Shown here: piece after piece, positions 1 through 10,544 of the stretch | How the letters are laid out: each line of letters begins with the position of its first letter | How positions within the stretch are numbered: the first letter of the stretch is position 1 | From: Girardia tigrina | Lineage: Eukaryota | DNA: 64,000 nt | Reading direction: 5' to 3' | NCBI GenBank assembly: GCA_001938485.1 | Contig: MQRK01209170.1 | Coordinates: forward strand, 4,329-68,328 | Position numbers and translations under genes: made by a program | Notes under the pieces: model-generated | What the model was told of the DNA's origin: nothing | Database searches by the model: none | What the model saw: only the letters and a program-made list of their open reading frames with translations

Positions 1-134
1 GCGACCGTAACTAAGGTAATCGCGACCGTTGCTATGGTAACCGCGACCGTTGCCATGGTAACCGCGACCGTTGCTATGGTAATCGCGACCGTTGCCATGG
101 TAACCACGATAACCTATACTGTTGCCATGGTTAC
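1..134. repeat. 21-bp tandem array (GCGACCGTTGCYATGGTAAYC) containing palindromic RFX X-box-like motifs; open at window start
   Basis: Units at 1-21, 22-42, 43-63, 64-84 and 85-105, plus a lone core GTTGCCATGGTTAC at 121-134. Confidence 0.9.
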
Positions 135-238
135 GGCTAGGGGGGGGTGTAGGCCGAATGCCCATTTTCTCCCTACTTAAATCAATTAATTATTAATACA
201 ATAATATTTTTATAAACTTAAGAATTAAAATATTATAG

Positions 239-2213
239 ATGGAAAGATTTTTAAAACGGAAAGCAGCAGAAGCCGTATCCGACAACTCGGAATCAAGTTG
301 TAGTGGTGATGAGTCTGAATCAGCGACCACGGCATCAGACTTCTCAGTGACAAAAACTAAAAAGAAAACCGTTGCCAGAAAATGGAATGATGACTATATC
401 AAATATGGGTTTTATTTAACGGAGGAAGAAAAAACAAAGCCGAGTCCGAGACCTACCTGCATAATATGTATTAATACATCGTTAGCCAACCAAGCAATGG
501 TGACAAATAAGCTGAATCGTCATCTAACAAAAAAACATCCTGGACTTCAGTTCAAGCAGAAATCATATTTCATGACAATGAAGCAAAACATTCAAAAAGA
601 AGCCAAAACAATGGTAGGACCTGGCAGAAATGCACCTCTAGTTCGTGCATCGTTTCGAATTGCTCACCTGCTAGCACTTAATAAAAAACCATTTACTGAA
701 GCCGAGGATATGGTTGGCCCAGCACTGCAGATAGCTGCAGAGGAACTTCTTGGCAAAACTGCTCTCTCTAAAGTTAGAGAAATTTCTTTGTCCAACGACA
801 CAATGACCAGGAGAGTGGATATGATAGCTGACGACCTTGAGAATCAACTTATGACCAAGATCTGCTCAAGTCCTTGGTATAGTATTCAGTTCGACGAATC
901 TACGGATGTTACAAATAGAGCACAGTTAATTGGTTTCGTGCGTTTTTTAGATTTTGAAAAGGAAGACATTATCGAAGATTTCTTGTTTTGTGAAGATGTT
1001 GGTGTCGACAAAACTGGGGAGGCAATTTCTAAGACTATTTTGAAGATTCTTGTGGATAATCAAATACCCTTGAATAATTGTTCCAGAATAACCACAGATG
1101 GAGCTGCTGCCATGACAGGGATTCGAAATGGTGCTGTTTCAAAAATCAAGAAACTGGCACCAAACTGTGAAGGAACTCATTGTGACCTTCATCGGGAAAA
1201 TCTGGCAAGTAAACCATTGAATTCAGGAGAAAAAGGTCCATTTGACAAGGTGATGGAAGAGTGCGTCAAAGCAATAAATGAAATCAAAGCCAAAGCAAAA
1301 AGGTCAAGCATGTTCACACTGTTATGTGAAGAAATGGGGGAAAGTAACCGAACGCTTTTGTATCACTGTGATGTTCGTTGGCTTTCAAGAGGTGTTGCAT
1401 TGATGAGACTTTTTGCGTTACGTAAAGCTGTTTTGGCTTTTTTCAGGGAACAAAAGCATGATCTTGCTAATAAGTTTTCTGATAATTCCTGGCTTGCAAA
1501 ATTGGTCTATTTGGCAGATATTTTCTCAAAATTAAATGAGCTTAATCGCGGTCTTCAGGGCAGGGACATGGACATTTTCGCAGCAACTGACAAAATCGAG
1601 GCTTTCAAATTGAAAATATTTCTTTGGAAATCGCATGTAGAAAAAAAGTGATGTCACTGACTTTCCAAATCTAAAAACTGCCCTGTCAGAAGCAACCGAT
1701 GCAGATGAAACTGTTGATCGTCTTGCCGAAACTACACTCAGTCTTGCTTTGGAACATTTGAATGTTCTTTCTTAGAATTTTGATCGTTACTTTCCTTCGA
1801 TGTCTGAAGCTGATATTCAGAAAACAAGATGGATATTAAATCCGTTTCTCAAAGATAACGTCAATGGTACAAATTTGACAAACAGTAAACAAGAAGTTCT
1901 CATTGAGATGCACTGAGACTCACACATGAGAGATATGTTCAAACAATATCATCGTACGAAATTCTGGGCAAAGGCTTTTACAGAGGAACATTAAAAATCA
2001 GTGGCCACTAAAGCAATAAAAGAACTAGTTTTGTTTCACAGTTCATATCTATGCGAGCAAGGCTTTTCACAAATGATAATTGTAAAAAATAAGAAGCGCA
2101 ACAAACTAGGTGGTGCGAAACTAACATCTTGCCTCAGGATTGCACTAACAAAAACAGTTGAGCCTTGTTTCTATATGCTTAAGAAAAACATTCAAGGGCA
2201 GCCATCTCATTGA
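239..2213 (+). pseudogene. hAT (Buster/ZBED8/SCAND3-like) transposase, disrupted
   Basis: BED-like CxxC..H..H, QFDESTD, TTDGA, HCDLHRENLA, HCDVRWLS and C-terminal SSYLCEQGFS. Frameshift in the A-run near 1645 and in-frame stops near 1773 and 1991. Confidence 0.93.
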
Positions 2214-3090
2214 AATGATAATTATATTGGAAATTGTTTACAACATTTTACAATTTTCATTTTAGATTTTTAGCCCTAAAAAGTCTATTATAAAATAATT
2301 TTACTTTTAATTAATTTTTTAAATTTTGAAACTCAAAACTCTTTTGTGTTGTAACTGTGAACTTGTGAACTTGAGTAACTTGTGACTAGAATCACTAGAG
2401 TCACTTGACTAGAGTCTAGAATTAATACTTTGAAAACCTCAAAGTTACATAATAACTTCGCTTGATAACAGGTGTGTCACAAAATTTCATGTATTGTGTC
2501 GAGTGTGTCATTCGGAAAAAAAGGTTGAGAACCTTAGATCTAGATTAACACTAGTATAAGAAGCCAATAGATTCAAAAGTGTACCATTAAATCGTTCAAC
2601 TAAACCATTTGTTTGTGGATGATAAGCTGTTGTATTTAACTTTTCAATTTCAAAAATTTCTGCGGTCTCTTTCATCATTTCATTCATAAAATTTACTCCT
2701 TGGTCTGTTAATAGTTTTCGTGGAGCTCCATATTTAAAGATAATCTCTTCCACAAATATTTTTACAATCGTATTAGTTTTCTGATCAGGGATAGGAAACG
2801 CTTCTGACCACTTCGATAGATAATCACAAAAAGCTAAAATATATTTATTTTCATTTTTGCTTTCTGGTAGTGGTCCTACGACATCCATCGATACAAATTC
2901 CATTGGTGCTGACGATACTGGCATCGGCCTTAATGGTACTTTAAATTTATTTCCAGTATTTTTTCTTCTTAAGCAGATTTTACAACTTTGACACCATTGT
3001 TTGACATCTTTCTCAATTGTTGGCCAGAAATATTTTTGTTCAATCTTGAAAAAGTTTTTCTGGCAGACAAATGACCTCCTAATGTACCAT

Positions 3091-4507
3091 TGGACAGGAA
3101 ACCATGTCTCCACGATATTTTAGGAAGAGAATTGTTTCTCATTTTACATGTCGGTTGAAAGGTGCCTTTCATTTTATTAAACAAAAATTCAGCGTGATCC
3201 CATCTCGTTTACACAGTTCAAATTCACAATAGTCTTCACTAACACATACAGTCTTAGTATCGCTGGAAATTGTTAAATCGATTTTTACGGAATTATTTTG
3301 GTCATCAGAATCTTTTACATTCTCAGTATCTTCACAACATGCAATAATATCGATATTTGTTAGATTATTTTATTTACGATAATTACTGTTTTTAAATTTA
3401 TCGTCATTGATACTTATATAATTCTCAACGAGGCAATATAAAAGGTTGTGAGGGTAATAAGTTGCACCGGCGCTCAATAACAGTTGAAAAATTCGATAGT
3501 TTCCATAAGAAACCGCAAGATCTAATGGTGTGAGGCCAGTTTCTTTATCGACAAAATTTATTTCACAATTTTTATTCACTAATGATTGAACTATTTGCTC
3601 GTTCTGATTCCAAACCGCCCACCACAACGGTCTCCGGTGGTGCATGCCATCAGAATTAAGATCGGCACCCTTTCCAATCAGAAAGTTGACAGCAGAGACA
3701 TTATTTTTCTCACAAAACACATGCAAAAGATAAGACACGTCGGAATAATATATTTTTGTTTCCTTTGCAATTTTATCGGTAACCTTTAAACGTTTAAGAA
3801 TATGATCAATTTCTTTTGAATTTAATACCAATGACATTTATATTTTTTTACAACGCCTTTTTTTATCCAAAATTCAAATTGATTGTTCAAAAAAGAGCAA
3901 TAACGAAACGACCATTTTATTTTTAAATTGTTTTTAATTGGAATTGAAAAATTGTGATTAAAATTCACAATTACAATAAAATATAACACATATACTTTAA
4001 CACACATTCAACCAATCAACACATTTACATATACACACACAAACACACTTACATTACAAGAGAAAAGATTCATTATATAATTATATTGAATCAAAATGAA
4101 AAAAAACAATGAGGCTCAACATTAATTATTTACATTTTCAAATCTCGATTGTACATTTTTGATTTCGATAGCCAAGATTACATAACCACACACACCACCA
4201 TTCGAATTGCAGTTCAAATTGATTAAAACTGCAAATTTGACAGCTTTAATAAAGAATCCCAACAACACTCGAAAAATTCAATGTTGGACTAAAGATTTTT
4301 ATGCTCAACCATTCACTTAATTATTTATTATCAATTATTTAATCTATATATTTTTTTTATTTAATTTATTTATTTTCTTTTATTTAATTTAATTAATTTA
4401 TTTAATTATTTTAATTTATTAATTTAATTATTTAATTATATATTTTATTTTATATACTGAAACTGGCAAAATAAATGTTCGGTCAAAATTGGCAATTCTC
4501 CGCTCCA
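3091..4507 (-). mobile_element. 1417-bp insertion with TG..CA ends (TGGA..TCCA) and 5-bp TSD ACCAT; solo-LTR-like, carries an ankyrin ORF
   Basis: ACCAT at 3086-3090 and 4508-4512. Removing the insert and one TSD copy rejoins the integrase reading HYHDG-TLGGHLSARKTF. Confidence 0.85.
3370..3837 (-). CDS. Ankyrin-repeat protein (about 3 repeats); frame stays open 66 codons past the TAA, to a TGA at 3171-3169
   Basis: LLHVFCEKNNVSAVNFLIGKGADLN, RPLWWAVWNQNEQIVQSLVNKNCEIN and GLTPLDLAVSYGNYRIFQLLLSAGA fit the ankyrin consensus. Confidence 0.8.
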   Translation of the reverse strand: MSLVLNSKEIDHILKRLKVTDKIAKETKIYYSDVSYLLHVFCEKNNVSAVNFLIGKGADLNSDGMHHRRPLWWAVWNQNEQIVQSLVNKNCEINFVDKETGLTPLDLAVSYGNYRIFQLLLSAGATYYPHNLLYCLVENYISINDDKFKNSNYRK

Positions 4508-5985
4508 ACCATCATGATAGTGTAATAGTAATGTTTATCGAGAATTCTTTGGTATCACTAATAATTCGTTTTTGCCATCATAATATTTGAGTACATCTTG
4601 ATATACAAAATACTTTTTTCCTTGTTCGATTAAATATTTTAAATGTTTCATTTTAGATATAGGTGTTGCACGATTTTTAATATCTTGAATACTCTCGTCT
4701 AAATCTTGATCTGTTTTAAACTTTTCAAAGTCTGTTAATTCTCGAATTGCACTAATTACATTGTTTTTTATTGGTATACTGGTTTCAAAACTATTGTTTG
4801 GTTCATTTTAACCTTGATAGTGCATCTGCATTAGCATTGGCTTTACCGGTACGATAACGAATTTGAATATTATATTCTTGGAGTTTCAGTGCCCATCGAA
4901 TTAATTTCCTGGCGGAATCTCTGTGACTCATTAACTACTGAAGAGGGCTATGATCTGTGTAAAGAATGATTTTTTTCCATAAATATATTGTCGAAACTCA
5001 GTAACTGCAAAAATCATTGCTAAAGCTTCTTTTTCAATCGTTGCATAACTTTTTTCATGAGGTTTTAAGGTTCGACTCGCATACGCTATTACATGATCTT
5101 TTTCTCCATCTTTTTGTTGATCTAGGACTGCGCCAAGTGCATAACCACTTGCATCAGTCATCAATATAAAAGGTTTTGACGTATCGGGACAACGTAAAAT
5201 TGGTTCATTAATTAACTTTTGTTTTAATGTTTCAAACGCAATTTTTTGCTCATCATTCCAAATAAATTTAATATTTTTTCTTAATAACATATTAAGAGGA
5301 TTTGCAATATGAGCAAAATTTTTTATAAATCGTCAGTAGTATCCAGCAAGTCCTACAAACTGTTGAAGTTCTTTAATATTCTTTGGTGGTGGAAATTCTT
5401 TCACTTTTTTAATATTATCATAGCTGGGTTTTAATTGATTTTTTGATATAATATGTCCAACATATACTACTTGTGTTCTTCCAAAACTGCATTTTGTTGG
5501 TTTAATTTTTAATCCCGCCATTGCTAATCTTTCCAATACAAGTTCGACATCTATTTCATGTTCTTCATAAGTTTCTAAAAAATAATAATATCATCAATAT
5601 AGACTATAACATGATTAATGTCCATTAAAGTAAAATCCATCGATCTTTGAAAAAATGCAGGTGCTCTGGTTAAACCGAAAGGTAAAACATTAAACTCATA
5701 TAATCCTTTGCCATCTGTAAATGCAGTTTTCATTTTATCTGCTTCTTTTATTCCAAATTGCCAATATCCACAATGTAAATCAATTGTCGTAAAGATTTCA
5801 GCATTTCCCATTTTATCATACATTGTATTGATTAATGGTAAAGGATAAGTGTCATTTCTCGTCGCTGTATTTAATTTTCTATAATCTACATAAAATCTTT
5901 GCGATCCATCTGTCTTTTTCACCAGCACAATTAATTCACCATGGTGACGTCCATGGTGAGAAACTGGGTCGGATAATATCAAACT

Positions 5986-7227
5986 TTAACATTCCTTTAA
6001 TTTGTTTTTGAGTTTCATCCTGTAACGCATATGGGATTCTCTAAAGCTTTGCTTGATCGGAGTTTCATCCAACAATGGTATTTCATATTCAATAATATGA
6101 GTTCTTCCTAAATCATATTCATGTTTTGCGAATACTTTATCATATTTTCTAATTAACGGAGTGAACCTAGCTTTCTGACTTTCCGTTAAATTTGGAATTG
6201 TTACCACCGGTGGATCATATCTTTTTACATCTGGAGGAATACTTTTTGGAACTTTTACTTCCTGTACTAAAGATACAGTTCCAATTCTCGTTTGTGGTTG
6301 TATGATTTTCGGTTTTACATCAAAATTAACAAACCTGACTGGTATCAATTTTTGTGAGACTGATACTATTTCGCTACACATTTGAATATCATATTTCTTC
6401 ATAAACTCCTCATTTGGTTGAAAAAGTAGATCTCCTTTGATGTGACTGACTACATCTGCATGATATACTAATTCTGCTTGATAAAGAATTTCTAAATTTT
6501 CACTGATAAACACATCGGTTACTCTATGTAAGATTTTTCCATCAGGTATCGATACCAAATTTCCACTTTTTAAATCTAAAGAAATACCTTCTAACTGTTG
6601 CAAAACATCCATACCAAGCAATAATGATTCTGGGCAACTTTTTGAAATTAATACGTTTGTTATAATATTCTTGCCACCAATTTTTATTGACATTTGAACA
6701 GTTCCTTCAATCGCTAGATAATGACATGTAACTGATTGTAATTTTTCAATACAAGGTGCCAGATTTAACTTTTCAGATTCCAGAAGCATCTTTTCATCGA
6801 CAATTGTGACCGCTGAACCAGTATCAACTAAAGTTGTAAGATATCTATCATTTAATAAAAAAGTTATTGTTAATATTTTACCGAATTTAGTTCTCACAGC
6901 AAAAACATAATTACTTAGTAAAACCAATTGATTTCTTATTTCAACTTCTCTTTTTTGTTTTTCCTCTGAATTTAAAGTTTCCAGTTTTGGATCGATAGGT
7001 TTAATTTCCTTAAGTTGTAAGAATGGATAGTAATTCGGTAATGATCTAAAACTTGTCAGATTGAATGGTGCATTTGAATTTAACGTTTCTTGATTCTTTA
7101 TCATTTGTAGCTGATTCTCGTAATCTTTCGACTCGCTCTTCCAGACGATGGAAGATCGTAGTTCGGTCGTTTGTGACAAAACGGCAACGGGTTGCCGTGC
7201 TTGCTTCTGTTGGAGAGGCGGCTTCAT
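5986..7227 (-). CDS. Gypsy gag tail, aspartic protease and linker ORF
   Basis: LVDTGSAVTIV and LLLGMDVL retropepsin motifs; DLGRTHIIEYEI..TPIKQ RT leader. Confidence 0.8.
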   Translation of the reverse strand: MKPPLQQKQARQPVAVLSQTTELRSSIVWKSESKDYENQLQMIKNQETLNSNAPFNLTSFRSLPNYYPFLQLKEIKPIDPKLETLNSEEKQKREVEIRNQLVLLSNYVFAVRTKFGKILTITFLLNDRYLTTLVDTGSAVTIVDEKMLLESEKLNLAPCIEKLQSVTCHYLAIEGTVQMSIKIGGKNIITNVLISKSCPESLLLGMDVLQQLEGISLDLKSGNLVSIPDGKILHRVTDVFISENLEILYQAELVYHADVVSHIKGDLLFQPNEEFMKKYDIQMCSEIVSVSQKLIPVRFVNFDVKPKIIQPQTRIGTVSLVQEVKVPKSIPPDVKRYDPPVVTIPNLTESQKARFTPLIRKYDKVFAKHEYDLGRTHIIEYEIPLLDETPIKQSFRESHMRYRMKLKNKLKEC

Positions 7228-8019
7228 GAGTAACCCATGTGCCGCGTGTCAAGGACCATGTGCGTGTCCGTGTGAGTAATTCTGGTGTTTGAACTGACTC
7301 GACAAAACAGAGTTAGGAGACATGGATATGTTCCGTGCCGCCTGGAAGGGATTCCTTTCAATTCATATACCAATAATTCATGAGTTCCTCATTATTCAAG
7401 ATCGGTAAATCTTTCTCTCTTGGTCACCGATTTTTAGCCATCGCGAATGATCCGGGATTCGTATTCAATCCCGCGCAAATGCGCCATTTAAACCGCCGGT
7501 CAAATCGTTTTGATTCCATCTGATGACAGCAGCGATCGATGATGGATGAAAAGCGCTCGTATATGCGCTATTGACTTGCGAACTTTCCGAAGAGAAATTG
7601 ATCAACGAATTTCCGTTATTTTGACGGATATTCGCGTTCGATTTATCATTAGTCGAATAATTTTCACCCATTAGAATTGAAAATTAAAGTTTCATAATAT
7701 TTATTAACTTCATTGATTTAATAAAACAAATTTATAAATTTACAAATTACTGTTAATTGTTTTTTTATACATTAGAAATTATTGGGAAACGAAAATCCAA
7801 TGTTTCACGGTAATGTTTTTATTGATCATTCAAAAATTTTTTTATTGTTTTAAAATTTTTTTAATGCGCATCTGAATTTTTCAGTATTAAAAATTTCAGG
7901 GTTCGCAAATCCAATTAAAATTTTTTTTTCAAAATTAAAAATCAAAAAATTAAATTACATATCACTTAAAAAAACTCTTAATTGGTTGCTACTGCTGATG
8001 CGATTTAGTGAACACTACA
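7130..8019 (-). repeat. Probable truncated 5' LTR of Gypsy 1
   Basis: Starts TGTAGTG on the minus strand at 8019, as does the LTR at 12086, and has the same AT-rich then GC-rich layout. Inner boundary is approximate. Confidence 0.55.
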
Positions 8020-8028
8020 AATATCACT

Positions 8029-8120
8029 AAGGCTGTTGTCTGGGCAACACTCCTATATGGATGCGAGAGTTGGACAATAAATCAGAACAGTATGGATAGG
8101 CTTAAAGCGTTTGAAATGAA
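8029..8120 (+). mobile_element. RTE-clade LINE reverse transcriptase C-terminal fragment
   Basis: Translates KAVVWATLLYGCESWTINQNSMDRLKAFEM, matching the RTE LYGCESWT..LxAFEM motif. Confidence 0.75.
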
Positions 8121-9703
8121 GTCGACACCAGATCCGCCGTTTCCATTATTCCTCACACTTTCATGTTTCACTTGAAGCGACTCCCGCAGTACTTCAGCTC
8201 CGCTAACGGGACCACCGTTAACACGTACGGCACTGTACAGCTCACGATCACGTTGTACCATTTGGGAAATCAGTTCACTTGGACATTCACCATTGCAGGG
8301 GTGACACAACCCATCCTCGGAGCCGATTTTTTGGAACACTTCAAGATCTTGGTCGACTGCAGCACTCAAAATCTCGTGGCCAAGGTAAATCACAACATCG
8401 ACAACAACTTCCGACAGGAATCATGAGTCCCGCCGATGACCACAACAGAACGTTCGATCAACATCCTTGACGCCGACACTACCTGACAGATTCGCGAGCA
8501 ATTTCCAAACCTGCTGGATGATGCAAATGCCGCCAAACCTACAACTTGTGTATCAACACACGTAATCTCCACCACAAACTGTGCTCCAGTTCACCAACGG
8601 CGTAGAGAACTATCACAAGCGATCCGAACCCAAGCTGCCGAAGAATTTTGGAAATTAGAGGCAGCTGGTATCATCCGGCGCTCCTCCTCTCAGTGGGCTG
8701 CTTCACTCCAAATAATCAAAAAGAAGGATGGATCACTTAGGATCTGCAGGGACTACTTTGGAGTCAACAAGGTCACTATACCTGACTCATACCCCATGCC
8801 GTTGATAACTGACAAAACACTGACAAAACACAAAAAACACTTATTCGAAGTTCTGACGAGGCTTCATGATCACAACCTTCGCATTAAGCTCGACAAATAT
8901 CAATTCTTCCAGCCAAAGGTGGAGTTCCTGGGCCACAGCATTTCCAGAGATAGGGTCAGGCCACTGGAAAGCCGAATAAAAGCCATTCGAGACTTTCGTC
9001 GTCCAGAGACCGTCATGGCTCTCCGTAGTTTTTTAGGAATGATTAATTATGTCAGACGATTCATACCGAACCCATCCGGAATACTTGCCCCACTTACCAC
9101 ACTTTCTACTGGTCCGAAAGATCTAAAACAGCCTGGTCACGCGAAGCTGACACCGCATTCCAACAGGTCAAGGAGGATATGCTCGCGACAAACTCATTAC
9201 ATTTTCCCGACAGCAATCTCCCGGTAACAATGACAACCGATGCGTCGAACATTGTCATCGGTGCAGTGCTCATGCAGTTTCGTGGATACAAACCAGAACC
9301 GATAGAGTTCTTTTCACACAAGCTGTCTCCACCGCAGACGCGGTACTCGGCCTTCGATCGCGAACTATTAAAGTTGTACCTGTCCGTTTGTCACTTCAAG
9401 CATTTCATCATCGCCCAACTGACTACTGTCTACACGGATCACAAACCGCTAACGTTCTATCTAACGATGAAAAATCCATCTCAACCACAACAACACCAAA
9501 TGAGTTACCTGTCCCAGTTCAACAACAACGTACAACATATCAAAGGTGCCGAAAATGTGGTGGCAGATTGCCTTTCTAGAGCTGACATAATGAGTCTCGA
9601 CTTCAAGCCGTTGTTCACCGCAGAGGTATTGAAATACTATCCACCCACCTTGAAAGATCTCAGCTACTTCAAAATACCGCCAATCAAAAAAGGAAATGTG
9701 TAT

Positions 9704-10544
9704 TGTTGGAGTTCTTTTTGGTGAACTTTAAATTTTTGATATTTTTAAATTTTTGATATTTTTAAAAATCATGTTTGTATTTTAAATAAATTAAAATTAA
9801 TGTTCGATTACTTAAAATGAAATAATTCTTTAAAATAAAAACCTTTTAAATTCTTAAAAAAAGAACAAACTCATTCTTTAAATTTTTGGAAATAATTAAT
9901 TGTTATAAATAATCTCTAAAATAAAAAAATATTTAAAATCAAAAGTTTTTAAACAGTTATTAGTAAAAAATATCTTAATTAATTTTAGAAAGCTAATTTC
10001 ATAAATAATTGAATTTTAATTGTTTTGCATTTATTTTAAGAGTTATTCGGAAGAATTTTTTGTTAAAATTTTTGTTGTCAGAAATGTAATAAAAAAGATA
10101 ATTTAAAGTTAAAAGGCAGTTGGAAATTCTGCAAATTAAAATTCGATAAATAATAAATAATATATATATATATATATATATATATTAAACATTTTATAAT
10201 GAATGAATCTCTATTTTAATAATAATAAATTTAAATATTGCTAAATATTTTTGTATTTTAAATTTGTAAGTTATTTTTGCAATTTTATTAAAAACAAATC
10301 TAAGGTTTTTATTAAAAAGAAATAATTGAATTTTTAAAATATTTTTAAAGATCTAAATTTATGCAAAATTGAATAAAATAACATATTTATATATTAATCG
10401 ATATTATTATTTATATTTAGAATTTTGAGATCTGGATTATGTAATTAAAATATTGTTCATCATAAATTTGTTTCAATAATGAAAATTTTAGTAGAAATAA
10501 AGTTTACAAAATTATGACTTCATATTGTAATCACGAACCTAATA
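9704..10544 (+). mobile_element. AT-rich solo-LTR-like insertion, 5-bp TSD TGTAT (family copy 1)
   Basis: TGTAT at 9699-9703 and 10545-10549. Ends TGTTGGAGTTC and GAACCTAATA. Excision restores pol GNVYYDTS. Confidence 0.8.

Larger units (their letters stand above)
1..2537 (+). mobile_element. hAT/Buster DNA transposon; left end outside window
   Basis: Right TIR AAAAAGGTTGAGAACCTTAG ends at 2537 and is followed by ATCTAGAT (2538-2545), an 8-bp target with central TA typical of Buster. Short subterminal repeats at about 2350-2420. Confidence 0.85.
2546..8019 (-). mobile_element. Ty3/Gypsy LTR retrotransposon 1 (degenerate; PR-RT-RH-IN order), interrupted by the hAT and the ankyrin insertion
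   Basis: Protease LVDTGS (5986-7227), RT YPLP..YIDD (5575-5982), RNase H TDASG..EKEALA (4931-5290), integrase HYHDG|TLGGH..CxxC, MDVVGP, TDQG, YHPQTNGLVER (2546-3090 plus about 4513-4600). Frameshifts and stops present. Confidence 0.9.

Noticed and set aside
1-105. CRISPR-like array
   Set aside because: Repeats are contiguous with no unique spacers, the context is eukaryotic, and there are no cas genes.
3370-3372. Reassigned stop codons or an alternative genetic code
   Set aside because: Both EAAT genes end at TAA and their exons have no in-frame stops; internal stops occur only in decayed elements.
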